This document shows, one piece after another, positions 1-12,300 of a stretch of DNA of 64,000 bases; the stretch's first letter is position 1; every line of letters starts with the position of its first letter. The stretch covers positions 439,672 to 503,671 of the forward strand of contig NW_008246080.1 of the NCBI RefSeq assembly GCF_000281045.1, given 5' to 3'. The notes below the pieces were generated by a model that saw nothing but the letters and a program-made list of their open reading frames with translations, ran no database searches and was not told the origin of the DNA. Position numbers and translations under genes: made by a program. Source of the stretch: Saprolegnia diclina VS20 (Eukaryota).

Positions 1-635
1 TCATTTTTATAGGCGTGGTGTGTCTGCAGACAGACTGACGGAATCAATGCAACCCCACAGACGAACGAGCGACGAGGCACGGAAGACGGAAACGAGTTTG
101 AGGACATAAAACTGGCACGAATCTCCTAGTATATGCAGATATATTTAGAGACACCGTATTGGCTGCCAGAGACAAGACAGGCGGCGCCTCGGTCGCGAGC
201 AGTTTCGGCCTTGGTGGCAGGGGTGACAACGTGGGTACTACGCCACTTACACCCCATTGGACGTACCTTCCCTTTCGATTCCTCCATACCAACATACACA
301 TTGTACCCACAAGCATACTACCAGGCTCTCGGATCGTAGATCCCGCTCTGGATCCCGCTATCAGATCTTAGATTTTGCGGAACATAGTTAGAACTTGCGT
401 ACTCTACACCATACAAGCAGCCTCGACGTGATGCCTCTACCAGTCTTGGACTGCAGCGCAGTTACGGACAGCGCCACACCGCCAGATGATGGCACCAGGC
501 CAGTAGACAGGATTCACCAGCACTAGACAGCTGTTTGCACAGGATTGCAACGCTGGATCTGGTATTACCTGGCAGAGATCCTCCTTGGTATCGTTTTGGA
601 TCGAGCGCTTCTTCACATTTGAAAACAAACCGAGC

Positions 636-1672
636 ATGAACAAGAACGTCTACAAGGACAGCTCCGACTATGTGCGTCGCTTCCAGGAGCTGCATGCGCG
701 CACCTGCAACGTGTCGTACGACCTCGCGTGGGGTGACCTCCCAACGCTACTGCAGCAAGCCGTGCTTTGGGACCTCGGGCTCGTCGTCGCTAACGTCAAC
801 GGTGTCGATACGCTCGTGCAAGTCTACCCGCTCTGCTCGACGTCCATGGACAACCTCTTCTTCTCGCCAACGACCTACTTGTCGATGAAAGACACGGAGG
901 CGCTCACGTGCAGCTCGAGCTTGGGCTCGTACGTGCGCCAGAACGAAGCGTCGGGGCCCAACATCACGCCAGCGATCCGCTGTGCGATCGACGCTGCGAA
1001 CGTCCCGGACGCCGGCTCGAGCATGTACGCCGAAGACGCGCTCAAGCCGACAGACGTGCCGGACCACCGCGTCTGGATGCACCAAGCGCCAGGCACATCA
1101 TGGGTCATTCTCGGCATCCACTCGATCCCGAAAAAGTACGCCGACACCAAGCTCAAGGACACTCCGTGGGGCGAGTGTCCCAACGAGGCCAGCGGCCAGG
1201 CGAGTGCGCTCACGATTCCGTGCGTCGTCTACAAGACTCGACCACAAACCATGGCAGTGTGCGCGCCCGAGACGTTCTCCGAGAGCATGCATTCGTGGCT
1301 CGTCGACTTTGCGTCGGCCGGCAACGCAACCACCGCACCAAAGACAGTCGTACCAACAACGACACCGACGACGGTCCCGACATCACTGCCACGAACGATC
1401 CCAGCAGCCAAGGAGACGACAACGACGATGCCAACGCATACCGCCAGGCCTCATTGAACGACGAGTCGTCGAATGATACTGCCATCATCATTGGTGCGGT
1501 CGCCGGCGTCGTTGGCGGTCTCGTGCTGGCGGTGCTCCTCGTGCTTGTCTTCCGCCGGCGCAAGGCCGCGCCATGACGACCTGAGATCGAGTTTGAGCCG
1601 TACGAGTCGGCTGGCCAAGTGATTCATACGCCGGTGCAGCAAAACTACCAAGGTCTCTCGACGCCGCGCTAA
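636..1672 (+). pseudogene. Disabled receptor-like membrane protein: oomycete TKL-kinase-type ectodomain, Thr/Pro stalk, TM helix and short tail, no kinase domain
   Basis: ORF 585-1457 has a Cys-rich ectodomain (LQQAVLWDLG, recalled as similar to oomycete TKL ectodomains) and a TTTP stalk. The TM (IIIGAVAGVVGGLVLAVLLVLVF-RRRK) is in another frame after ~1445. An in-frame TGA at 1574-1576 is followed by a plausible tail to TAA 1670-1672. No signal peptide is seen. Confidence 0.55.
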
Positions 1673-1714
1673 GAACTTAAAGGCGCGAAGGACTTGATGT
1701 TTCATTCTTACTGC

Positions 1715-1893
1715 GTTGTTGAAGTGAGTCTGTTGAGATATAATTTCCATTGATTTGGTTTTGGCGGCGGACTTTCGACTCAGAGCGTGGTATGCTTGAC
1801 GGCAGCAGCGGCGAGGCTTAGCCGTGCCAAAGTCGACGCGTATGGATGGCGCAAGCCGGGACGGGGTGATCGCGAAGCCAGGCGTCATGGCGC
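1715..1893 (-). repeat. Dispersed repeat copy 1 (inverted relative to 52462-52639)
   Basis: The reverse complement aligns by eye with 52462-52639. Shared blocks include gtcccggcttgcgccatccatacgc, cacggctaagcctcgccgctgctgccgtc and ctcaacagactcacttcaacaac. Confidence 0.85.
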
Positions 1894-3495
1894 TCTCATT
1901 CTTATTATCGATATCTCCAACACTCGACCACAGGAAAGCAAGCGCGGCTGAGCTTTAGGCCACTCAGTCGGGAATACGATCCAAGTAACATCAAGACCAT
2001 CGTACTACCGAGAGCTTTGGATGCATGAAGCCAGGCACCACAAAATCACCTCGCTACTGAAGCCTTGGAGAGCGATCGTTGTAGAAGCTCACCCTATCGG
2101 CGACTCTCTCATGCCCAACACCAAAGATACTGCAACGGGCTTCACCAAGCACCGGGTGGCAGGAAGCAGCGAGTATCGAAGCTGATCCGGCGAGGCCGTC
2201 GGCAGGCTGTCTGCCTATGAACTCAACCATAAAATGCAGCTGCAAGCTTGCCGTGGTCACGCATCCAAGCCAATGAAGCGTCGCAATAAGCTGCCGCGAT
2301 ACTCTCAACGAGCTGCTCGACTTTGGATACGCAGCGCTGGACATTGGCTGTCTCTTCTGTCTCTAGCCAATCCGGAGGCGTATTTAAGTGAAAGCCACTC
2401 ATTGGTTGATTTTCTAGGAGTTGTGAAAGAAGCCAACGACCAATCTGTGCTTAAGGAATCTTGTACGTTGGTAAGGTAGAGGCGAATAGGATCGTCGGAT
2501 AGATAGTACTGATCAATGGGCTCCACTCTACACGTCAAGGACGCGTTCGTTGCTCTCTCTGGGTCGCGTGGTCGTGACCGTTTACTGTCCTTCATAATCA
2601 TGTCCGATCCAAAATGAAAATTCAAATAATTCCTGCCAATCCGCGCCGCGCCCGCTGGAGATTCAACCAGCTGTCGACCAATGGCTTTTGTTCTCAGCTC
2701 CTAATTCTAGCCAATCCACGTGCCGTATTTTGTGCCTCCGTTGTGACAACTTCAACCTGACACTGGGCAAAGACACGGCCGTGGGCGTCTCGTTGCGCCC
2801 AAACTCCGTCATCGCAGGGCGGAGATCCTCGTCTTCGCAGCGTGGCAATGTCCATCATGCGCTCTCCACTAAAAAAAATGCGTGTGACTAGACTACTACC
2901 GGTACTCCAAGAGTATCAAATCAAATGCAATGTGGGCTGGACCTTCCTGGCAACGTGCCCATCCACAGCGACGACACCCAAGCGTCGGTGGCGTTCGGGT
3001 CAGACATCGACTGCGACAGTCCCGGCCCAAGCGTTGGCTACCTACAGTACCCCGGACGGGCCTGGTTCGGAGGCTATCTGCAACTCATTTTGCTTGGACT
3101 TGAAGACGGACGCCGTCTCCTCCCCTTCGCGGCAAGTAGCCACCCGCCCATCGTTAGTGGAACTGGCCATCTTTGTACTGTACGGGACGCGGGGTCGTTG
3201 GACACCTCAACGTTGTCGAGTCGTTGGGCGGTGAAATTCCAAATTAGCACAAACGCCGTTATTAGCGTTGGCGAAGGTTAGGGTGTGGACGATCGCTCGA
3301 TATCTATCCAGTTGCGACGCCAAGCAGCCTTCAGGTGGCGTGGCTTGCAACATTCCGCCACCACGTGGCTCTGTCCGTTCTCTTCCCAAGTGCTTCCGCG
3401 CATTCGGATTGGCCAAAATAACCAAGATACGGAAACGACGCGCGTTGATTGGGTAAAAATACTCACCCAACACGCCAGTGCTGGCCACGGTTTCT

Positions 3496-4854
3496 ATGTC
3501 TCACTCTTCGGCAGCGCTCCATCATTCGACGACAGCGATGGTCCTCCTCTGCCAGCAGCCAACGCGCCGGCGCCCAACGCCGAACCGGCACCGCAAGCAG
3601 GCCGACGACGACGAGGCCGTCGTGACCTTTGCGCGCAGCCCGGTCTCGATCTACGCGGCCCTCGTGTCCATCTCGCTCCAACGCGCGCTCTACGACCAGT
3701 TCGCCGCGTTTCGCTGGCCGACGTTCGCCGAGATGTACGCGATGGGTGTCGAGCTCGGCGCCGGCGCCACGTCGGTCGTCATGGAAGCGCTGCACCGCAA
3801 GACAGGCGCGCCGTTTGCGGTCAAGCGCATCAGCAAGGGCCGCGCGACCTGTCTTGGCATGAAGGACCACCGCAGCGAGATTGCGTGCCTCCGGACGCTC
3901 CACCACCCGCACATTGTGAACCTTGTTGACTACTTTGACGAAGACGACGCAGCCTATGTCGTGCTCGAGCTCGTGGCCGGCGGCGAGCTCTTCCTCTATA
4001 TGCTCGAACATGGGCCGTGCACGGAAGCCGAGACCAAGCACATTCTCCAGCAGCTTCTCTCAGCGGTCATCTACTGCCACGAGCACAACATTGTGCATCG
4101 TGACATCAAACCCGAAAACATCTTGTTTACCCGCGACGTGGCCTCGGGCGACGTCACGATCAAGCTCGCCGACTTTGGCTTTGCGACCAGCGTCCGCGGC
4201 GACACGCTCTCGCGCCGCTGCGGCACCCAGCGCTACATGGCGCCCGAGATGCTCAAAGGCCAGACGTACGGCACGTCGGTCGACATTTGGAGCATCGGCA
4301 TCATCGCGTTCTGCCTCCTCTGCGGGTTTTTCCCCGAGATTGACGACGCTGGCAACGTCCAGTTTGATGCGCACATTTCGCTGTCGCCCGCCGCGATCGA
4401 ATGCGTCGAGGAGATGCTCACGATGGAGCCGACGATGCGGTCGACGGCCAAAGAGGTCCTCTCGCATCCGTGGTTCTCCAACAAGCCGCCGCGCTCGACC
4501 GGCCGGAAGCGCACGGTCGACATGTTTGAGACCTTTGGCCTCTTCATCACCGACATGCTGCAGTTTGTGGCGTTTTGCCAGACGCTCGAGTTTGGTGCCA
4601 AGACGCAGCAGACGCTCGAGACTGCGAACGACGGCCTTGGCATGATCCAGCTATACCTCTCGACCGAGCCGTCGACGATCTCGAGCATGTTTACGTTCTT
4701 GAGCAACGTTGTCGGGTCGCTCGTCGACGACATCTCGAGCGAAGAGCCCGACCTGATCCCGGTCGCCAAGCAGCTCCAGCGCACGTACGAAGCGCTTCGG
4801 CTCCAGCTCGTGCCCAACTGCCCCACCAGCCACACGCTCATGGCGTGTATATGA
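3496..4854 (+). CDS. CAMK-family Ser/Thr protein kinase (intronless)
   Basis: LGAGATSVV glycine loop, FAVKRI, HRDIKPEN, DFG, YMAPE and DIWSIG motifs are all present. Start is uncertain (ATG 3496 or 3538). Confidence 0.92.
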   Translation: MSHSSAALHHSTTAMVLLCQQPTRRRPTPNRHRKQADDDEAVVTFARSPVSIYAALVSISLQRALYDQFAAFRWPTFAEMYAMGVELGAGATSVVMEALHRKTGAPFAVKRISKGRATCLGMKDHRSEIACLRTLHHPHIVNLVDYFDEDDAAYVVLELVAGGELFLYMLEHGPCTEAETKHILQQLLSAVIYCHEHNIVHRDIKPENILFTRDVASGDVTIKLADFGFATSVRGDTLSRRCGTQRYMAPEMLKGQTYGTSVDIWSIGIIAFCLLCGFFPEIDDAGNVQFDAHISLSPAAIECVEEMLTMEPTMRSTAKEVLSHPWFSNKPPRSTGRKRTVDMFETFGLFITDMLQFVAFCQTLEFGAKTQQTLETANDGLGMIQLYLSTEPSTISSMFTFLSNVVGSLVDDISSEEPDLIPVAKQLQRTYEALRLQLVPNCPTSHTLMACI

Positions 4855-5582
4855 TGCTACCCCAAGGTCGTTCGTCGTGTTGCCCATCGAAAGCAACAGC
4901 GTTGCCAACACGGCGCCGTGACGTCGTCTCTGTCCCTTGTGTCGTCTCCTGTTTACATTAATTTAATTCGACTCTTTTTGCTTTCGATGCGTCGTCGTAC
5001 TTTACATTGGACGGTACTGTACATTGACAAGGTGCCATGGGTCGGTCGAGCTGTCAGTAGAGGTCACTACAGGTGTCTGTCGCCGGATCTGACGTCAGTG
5101 CCGTGTCACATGGCCGGTACCGTACGAGCGTGACACCGATGCGGTTTCGATTGAGGGTGTGGCAGGTCAAAGTGGAGAACAATGTCCTATGAAACTGCAA
5201 TGTCGGACGGCACCATGCGTTGGAAGGTGTGACGCGCCGACCGTCGACAGAGTCGCGTCGCAAAGTCGCACAATGGAAGTGCGACTTTGTGCTTGACGCT
5301 ACGGTACAACTACGGTATCGGCAGGTACGTACACGGAGACCACGAGACCGTTGAAAGATTGGACAATATGTCCTCTTTCACTTATTAATGCGTCGTTGGA
5401 CCGCAAGAGGGAGCACTATGCCAACACCCACCCCAGTAGCACCTGGCACCATCTTGTTTGCGTCTTTGACGTTGACTCCGGCGCGCTCGATTGGTGGATG
5501 GGTTGATACATCGATAGCTGTCTTGTTCATCGACGATGAACGCGCGAAGGTTCGGTATTACGCCGGTACACCCCAACAGACT

Positions 5583-5633
5583 TTTCAAAAACAAGGGCTA
5601 GGGTTGTTCCAACCCTAGCCCTTGTTTTTGAAA
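5583..5633. repeat. Perfect inverted repeat, 24-bp arms with 3-nt loop
   Basis: tttcaaaaacaagggctagggttg-ttc-caaccctagcccttgtttttgaaa, read directly. Confidence 0.95.
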
Positions 5634-5723
5634 CGCAAGCCAGGACGTGTTAATCAGTCAATACGATATCGACATGAAACGCAATATATATATTCGCAAG
5701 GATTTACAACATAACAGAAGCGA

Positions 5724-8468
5724 CTAGGACGCGGCCAGTGACGCGATGCAGGCCTCGAACTCGTCCTCCATCTTTTTGAGTGCGTCCAGCTGGTTGCCAA
5801 GGCGGTCCACTTCAGGGCCATGACGTATCTTGTGCTGCGCGAGCTGCTCCAGGACGCGGTCAATGTCCTTGACGAGTGCCGTGTGCGCGTCTTCGAGTTC
5901 CTCAATGAGGTGAAGTACGTCTTGGTTTTTGGCGTCGATTTGATTCATTTCCTCCAAAGCCGAGGCGTTCACAGGCACGATTTGGCCTGTAGCATGGGCC
6001 GACGACGGGTGCGTCGGCTTGTGCACGAGCTATTCTCTCTCTATCGGAATGCATCGTTCAAAGCGCTCATACCTTCATGGCGGACGACGACGAAAACTCG
6101 TGCGTGCTCGTCTAGCCACGCAATCAGAAGTCACGTGTGGACATGTACTTGGTGCAGTACTTGTAAGGCGGGTGCCATATCGCTACTGCTGCTGTTTGCT
6201 GCAGCAAGACGCTGGTACAAGGGCTGGAAAACCCGCGGTCCAAGGTACGGGATACGAAAGAGCACGTGCTGAATGTTCAAATATGCATCATTTTGTACAG
6301 GCCACTTGTACGTACGTAGAGAAGATGGTTGGCGATTTCGTGGCCCATGGACGACGCGTGCATCGTTTGCGCCAGCAAGTGCGATTCCTTCTGCTCCAAG
6401 TAGGCTACAAACGCCGTCAATATTCAAAAAGAAATATTTGGTGACGGTATACCATTGGCAAAGCAGGCGATGAGCATGTGCTATTGCATAGTGAGACAGA
6501 TGCGAGAGCCTCCAGTGAAGTTACCATGATGACGAGCACGATGAGCGCAACGAACGAGATGAAGAAGAGCGGGCCCAGAACGCGGTTGACTTCAAAAATC
6601 TCTTCGACGTCGAATTTGAGCGTAAATATGCTCATCAGCGAGTAGCTACATATGTATCATAGTAGTCTACGAATATAGACAAAACGACCATACAAGCTGT
6701 GCAAGAGCACACTATAGTGCGCGAGCGAGGTCCCAAACGCCTACGCACTTCGATGTCGATGGCACATTGAGGCAGGAAGGCGTACAAGAGTAAACGCCAT
6801 GCTACCACCAAAGAGCAAGATCGCAATCATGATGAAAAGCCCCAGGAGCTCATGCAGCGCGCTCGAGACCGTCGACGTGAGGATGCTAAAGGTCGGTAAA
6901 ACTAGTTTTGTCCATTAACGTCAGCAGCGACACGGAAAAATAGAGACGTACACGAGAGGTACTTAAAGACTTTGAGAATCGAAAGAAAGCAGTTGAGACT
7001 GTTGACGCTTTGGGACAAGTAGTCGTAGTTGGCACTCGTGCTAATTTGTGTTCCAATGTGAAAATATGTGTTTTGTGCAGTTATGTACCGGAGGTTGATG
7101 TACGTATCTGCCGGAAACGATGTTGGCAAGGAAACAAACATGAGCATTTTGAGCGCGGCGACGACAAAGAAGAGGACGATATTGACGTCGTTGGTCAAGC
7201 TGCCGCGCCCGCGGTAATAGGAGAGTCCATCGTATCGCAAATTTGTCAGCGCCGTGTACGCCTGTCCGAGCACGACAAGGTACAAGGCGACTTCCACAGC
7301 AATGTAGATGCGGTCCGAGACCGTGGTCGTCGGATACGGTCGGAAGCTCACGACGTTCTTCGTGGCGAGGAGGCCACCGCCCATGGTTTGCTCCAAGAAC
7401 AGTCGAACGACTGTAATCGCGTCCGCGTTGTAGCTATACGTCGAGAGGTCGACAAAGATGGCCCGTGTCGCCGCGTCGAAAAACCTAGACACTTATATGA
7501 GCTCGGTGTGTCGTATATATCGATATTGAATATTGCAAAGCACGAACTTGGTCGAGCGTAGCGCCTCGAGCTCCTCGTAGACTTCGCAGCCGTGCTTGGT
7601 GCCGACGTCGCACTCGTCCGACTCGTGGTTGTGGAGCTCCACCGTGAACGTCGGGCCCGGGTACGCGCGATTCGATACCGAAATGAAGGTCGGCTCGGAC
7701 TCGTGCTCGCTTGGATAATAGGTCCGAGTGAGGCCAAACGGCTCCTTGCTCTCGACATCAGAGGCGTAGTCGGGAAAGCAATAGGGCTGCGTGAGATTTG
7801 CAGTCGGAATGACCCCGGCGCACGGCTGGGCTTGCACCCGTAGCTAGGCAAAAGTACAATTGTTGCGGTTTATCCTTCAGCTCGCGTACCTGGCCGATGC
7901 GAATGGTGCCCAGAATCTGGTTGGCGCCACCCAAGAAGCCACGGGCGCCATACAGCGGTCCCTCTGGGTAACTTGTGTCGGCGTCAAACGATCCAGCTGC
8001 AAACACCGAAAACCAGAACGGGCCCACTAGAAAATATCAAAAGTCGTCAAACATCCTTTCAAACGAGACGATATCGACCAAGAAATTCGTGAAATTCGTC
8101 GACCGTGTCGACTGTGAGGTACGACTTGTACACGGACGAGTTTGGAATTTGGAACTCCTTCTCAAGGAGCTGGGTGCGCACGAGGCGTCCGAGCATGAAG
8201 CGCGTGTCGCTCGAGGAGTGAAGAAGGACTTCGGTGAGAAAGAGGGCAAGAAAGCCAAAGTACTTTAGCTATACCAAAGAAACATCAAGCCCTCGGTTAG
8301 CAATGTCAATATTCGTCATACCATTTCGACAATCTCGCGCCGGGCTCGCAACTTGTGCGCAGCATGGGACGCAAGGTTGTGCGCCGTCATCTGGCCCTTC
8401 AACGACTGCTGCAACACATCCGTGGCGATTGCAAAGCCCTTGGACTGGTGGCGGTGCTCCTCCGTCTC
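5724..8468 (-). CDS. Polycystin-2 (PKD2/TRPP)-like cation channel, multi-exon; 5' end runs into the assembly gap
   Basis: TOP-domain pieces (NQILGTIRIGQ; FFDAATRAIFVDLSTYS...VVRLFLE), TM segments, pore/S6 region (FDVEEIFEVNRVLGPLFFISFVALIVLVIM) and a C-terminal coiled coil (ORF 5724-6026), joined by short GT-AG introns. Confidence 0.85.
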
Positions 8469-8744
8469 NNNNNNNNNNNNNNNNNNNNNNNNNNNNNNNN
8501 NNNNNNNNNNNNNNNNNNNNNNNNNNNNNNNNNNNNNNNNNNNNNNNNNNNNNNNNNNNNNNNNNNNNNNNNNNNNNNNNNNNNNNNNNNNNNNNNNNNN
8601 NNNNNNNNNNNNNNNNNNNNNNNNNNNNNNNNNNNNNNNNNNNNNNNNNNNNNNNNNNNNNNNNNNNNNNNNNNNNNNNNNNNNNNNNNNNNNNNNNNNN
8701 NNNNNNNNNNNNNNNNNNNNNNNNNNNNNNNNNNNNNNNNNNNN
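8469..8744. other. Assembly gap (276 N)
   Basis: Run of n characters. Confidence 1.
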
Positions 8745-9005
8745 GGAGATGCGCCAGTCGACCTCGCAAACAATCAATCTATCGGGTCCATCATTTGGTA
8801 AGCACTATACTTGCAGCTAAATTGTGCGCAGTGGTGATGTTGCCCGAGCCACTGCAGTCAAGAGCACGATTTATTGGCTTGTGGTGCCTGCGATATTGCA
8901 TATTGGTCGAGACAGCGCACTGCACAATATAGGCACGGCGCGAAACCGACGTGGCTGTCTAAGATCCGCCAGCAACAAACTCGATCAAGTCGCTTGTGCG
9001 TGGCC

Positions 9006-11251
9006 ATGGAAAAGGACGGCGACGTGGTCGTCGACACCCCGATCGATGCGACCGACAACAACCACAGTGACGAGCTCAACCTCGAGGTGACACCCGAGTT
9101 TGCACCGCGCTTGGAACTGCTGCATCAGCTGCAAGCGTCCGAAGAAGACGCTGCCAAAGGCGCCCAGCTCTGCGCAGCGTCCAAAGAAGGTGCCATCGAC
9201 ACCGTGCGCAAGCTCGTGCTCGAGAATGCACCCGTCGGGTTCGTGACGACGTCGGGCTGGACGCCGCTGGCGTTTGCGTGCTTCAACGGACGCCTCGAGG
9301 TCCACACCGCATCGTACCCCGGTGTATCTCAACGCGTGGTCTCTAGGTGGTGCAGTACTTTCTCGAGCTGGGGGCTGCCGACAATTACAAGCCGACGCCA
9401 AGTATAACGGGTGAAAAATGCAAGCCGGCGCAGGTCAACACGCCACTGCACTGGGCCATCTACAAGGGCCATCCGATGGTCGTGTATACGCTCGTGACGT
9501 GGGGCTTCTCGATAGAAGATGCTGACTCGTGCGGCAACCGCGCGTTGCATCTTGCTTGCTCGAATGGCACGTTCACCATCATCGAAGTGGACCATTCACT
9601 CGACGCTTTTGATGACTAACTAAATGCTTTCGCGATAGATCATCTTGTCGCATGCCCCCGACCTCGCGGCCAAGAACGTATATGGCAACACGCCCATGGA
9701 CCTCACGACGGACGGCGCGGTCCGCAAGCTCCTCAAAAAGATGCAAACGCAAACCATGTGCGACGAGTGCCACGACGTGTTTTCGCGCAGCCGCCGCGCG
9801 ACGCTGTGTCAGCAGTGCCACAACCTTGTCTGCAATGTCGGCTCGTGCTCGTCGAGGTACATTCTGTCTCGCCGATGGCGTCGACGACTACACGCTGGAC
9901 TATAGCCTCGAGATTCCGTGGGGGACGGTCGACAAGAGCGTTCACAGCGTGCGCTACTGCCATGCGTGCGTCCAGGCGCTGGCGCAGGTTGAGGCCGACC
10001 TCGAGCAGGTGCTAACGACGAAGCGCTTGGCAGTCGCCGAAGCAATGGCACCGCTTGCTGCGCTCGAGGCATCGTTGGCCACCTTTACGCCTGCCCCCGT
10101 ACGCGCGATCGCTTGGGATCTTTCATGGACGTCGTCGTAGAAACCAGGGACACCGACCGAGACGGAGGCGCTGGGGGGCGTCGAGCAGCCGCCGCCGACA
10201 CCAATTTCAAAAGGCTCGCTCGTCAAGCAGCTGCTTGCGCTGCTCTTGAGTCTCGAAAGCAACAACGCCGATGTCGAAGCGCTCCAGACTGCGATCGTCG
10301 CCGCGTCGGAAAAGAAGGCAAATGCGTGGCTGCTCCAAGAGGCCCGCGCCACGTACGAACAGCACATTGCGCACATTCAGCTCATCCAAGAGATCAAAGC
10401 CGCCTTGGCGACCCGGTACAAGCTGTTCAACTATTTGGAAGGCTCAGTACGACACGTTGATGGATAGACCGATCAGCACGCGGTCGCTGGTCGCGGCGCT
10501 CCGCCGAGTGTGGCGCCAAGCGCAGGTCGAGGGCGTCGAAGGCGCGCTGGTGCAAGCTGCACAGCGTGTCATCGTGTTGGCCGAGTCGGAAGCGAGCTTG
10601 TACGGCGCGTACATGCTTTGCGCACGCATCCAGGTCGGGTCGGCGCAGTTCAGCAACGACTTTGTGCGCCTGAACCACTGCTTGACCATGGTCGAAGACT
10701 ATGGCGTGAGCGACACCCTCATGCGAAACGCGTGGGGCTTGCGCGACCGGCTGAGCGCCGAGGTCGGCAGCTGTCTCTTTCCCGGACGAGGCCAACGTCG
10801 TTGGTTGTAGATGACGCTCGAAGCGGCCTTGTTTCCGTTTGAAGAGCGCATGGACGGGCTCACCAACCAATCGCAGTACGTCTTTCACGACGGCAAGATC
10901 GCAGCCAGTCTCTTGGAGGCCCTCACGCTCCGGAACCACACGCTCACGGTCGCCGTGGTATTGCTCTGTCGACAGCGAGACGTTGAAAGAGCCTTGTCCA
11001 TGGCGTAGGAAGTCGCTGCCAAGGTCGAGGAGGCGACACCCGTCGCGTCGCACCTCGTGGAGAAGGCCAAGGAGTGTCTCGTCAAACTCAAAAAGGACAT
11101 CAAAGAAGAGCAAAAGGTAAACTCGATCGAGAAACGCATGTGATGAAGCATGGGTGCGTAGAGAGAAGACGAACGTCGACGCATTGCCGAAGAAGAGGCG
11201 CTCAAGGCCGCCAAGAAGGGCAAGAAGGGCAAGAAGGGCGGCAAAAAATAA
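9006..11251 (+). CDS. Ankyrin-repeat protein with FYVE-like zinc finger and helical/coiled C-terminus, multi-exon
   Basis: Ankyrin motifs GWTPLAFAC, NTPLHWA, GNRALHLAC and GNTPMDL. Zinc finger CDEC..FSRSRRATLCQQC..VC..C...VRYCHAC. Lys-rich end KKGKKGKKGGKK followed by TAA. Confidence 0.8.
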
Positions 11252-11722
11252 GAGATGCGTTCCACGGTGTACAGTCTCGGACCTTATCGTCGCTGCATTT
11301 ACCTTTCATCGTGCTGCAGCGTCGATGCATTCAATGAAGTGGGTGTTGGAGGCTCCTTGATGACCGCCGAGCGTCTGGTACATTTTGTACTTGGATCCTG
11401 GCGACTTCGTATTGGAGCTTGTCGAATAAGAGCTTATAGTGCGCTGGCACACGCGTATGTAAGACTTTGACGGCAAGGGCATCCTTGCAGTCTCGGAATG
11501 CTCAGGATGCTGTCGCAAGCACAGGTATGTGGCCCGCAGGATCGGCGGCCAGAGACCTTCCTCTGCACTTGTGACACGAGCCGCAGGGATGCTGGTCGCG
11601 GAGGCCATCGAGGCGGCGATGAACGCAGAACGAAGACAACAAGAGAAAGGATTCGGGGTGTGGATTCAAAAGAAACAGCTTGCGTAATACCTTAGGACTC
11701 GATATATTCGATCGGAGCAAAC

Positions 11723-12300
11723 TTAGACAATCGAACCGGCGTTGGCGGCGATACGCGGCCAGAGGTCGGCGCATTCCTTGCCGACGGGGCCGGTGATGGC
11801 CGAGCCCTTCATTTCACCCTTGGGGTTGACGATGCAGGCAGCGTTATCCTCGAAGTAGAGGAAGATGCCGTCGCGGCGGCGCCACGACTTGCGCTGGCGG
11901 ATGACGACAGCGGGCATGACCTTCTTACGGAGCTCCGGCTTACCCTTCTTGACCGAGCACAAGCACATGTCACCGACACCGGCAGCGGGGAGACGGTTCA
12001 GGCGACCCTTGATACCGCACACGGCGATGATCAAGAGGGCCTTACCACCCGAGTTATCGGCGCAGTTCATGACGGCGCCAACGGGCAGACCGAGGGTCAT
12101 ACGGAACTTTTGACCCGACACACCAGCGCGACCTACACAGTCGCGTCAATATTCGCCGGTCCCTGCTGTGATGCGCCATGAGGGCCCGAGGCCGTCCTAG
12201 GCAAGTCGGCACGGCGCATCCAGCGCCGCTGCTTGCTTGCGACGTCCTCGTCGCCATGGTCGTCATCGTCGTCATCATCATGCAACATACCAGAGCTCAT
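11723..12300 (-). CDS. RPL23: 60S ribosomal protein L23 (uL14); exon 1 12300-12291 (ATGAGCTCTG), intron 12290-12133, exon 2 12132-11723
   Basis: [35 protein letters not shown] and YFEDNA motifs. A GTATGT donor and TGTAG acceptor give the in-frame start [13 protein letters not shown]. Confidence 0.97.

Noticed and set aside
300..600. Apparent similarity of GATC-rich sequence to 51120-51330
   Set aside because: Only compositional resemblance, with no alignable block.
1900..3300. Short ORFs upstream of the kinase
   Set aside because: No coherent gene model or motifs; may be degraded sequence.
5100..5580. LamG-like WHHLVCVFD fragment
   Set aside because: Short, interrupted by stops and without further support.
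8234..8932. ORFs spanning the N run
   Set aside because: Artefacts of the assembly gap.
12133..12290. Possible box C/D snoRNA in the unusually long RPL23 intron (ATGATGA near its 5' end)
   Set aside because: No CTGA box D or terminal stem was found, and the TGATGA lies within a GAT/GAC microsatellite-like run.
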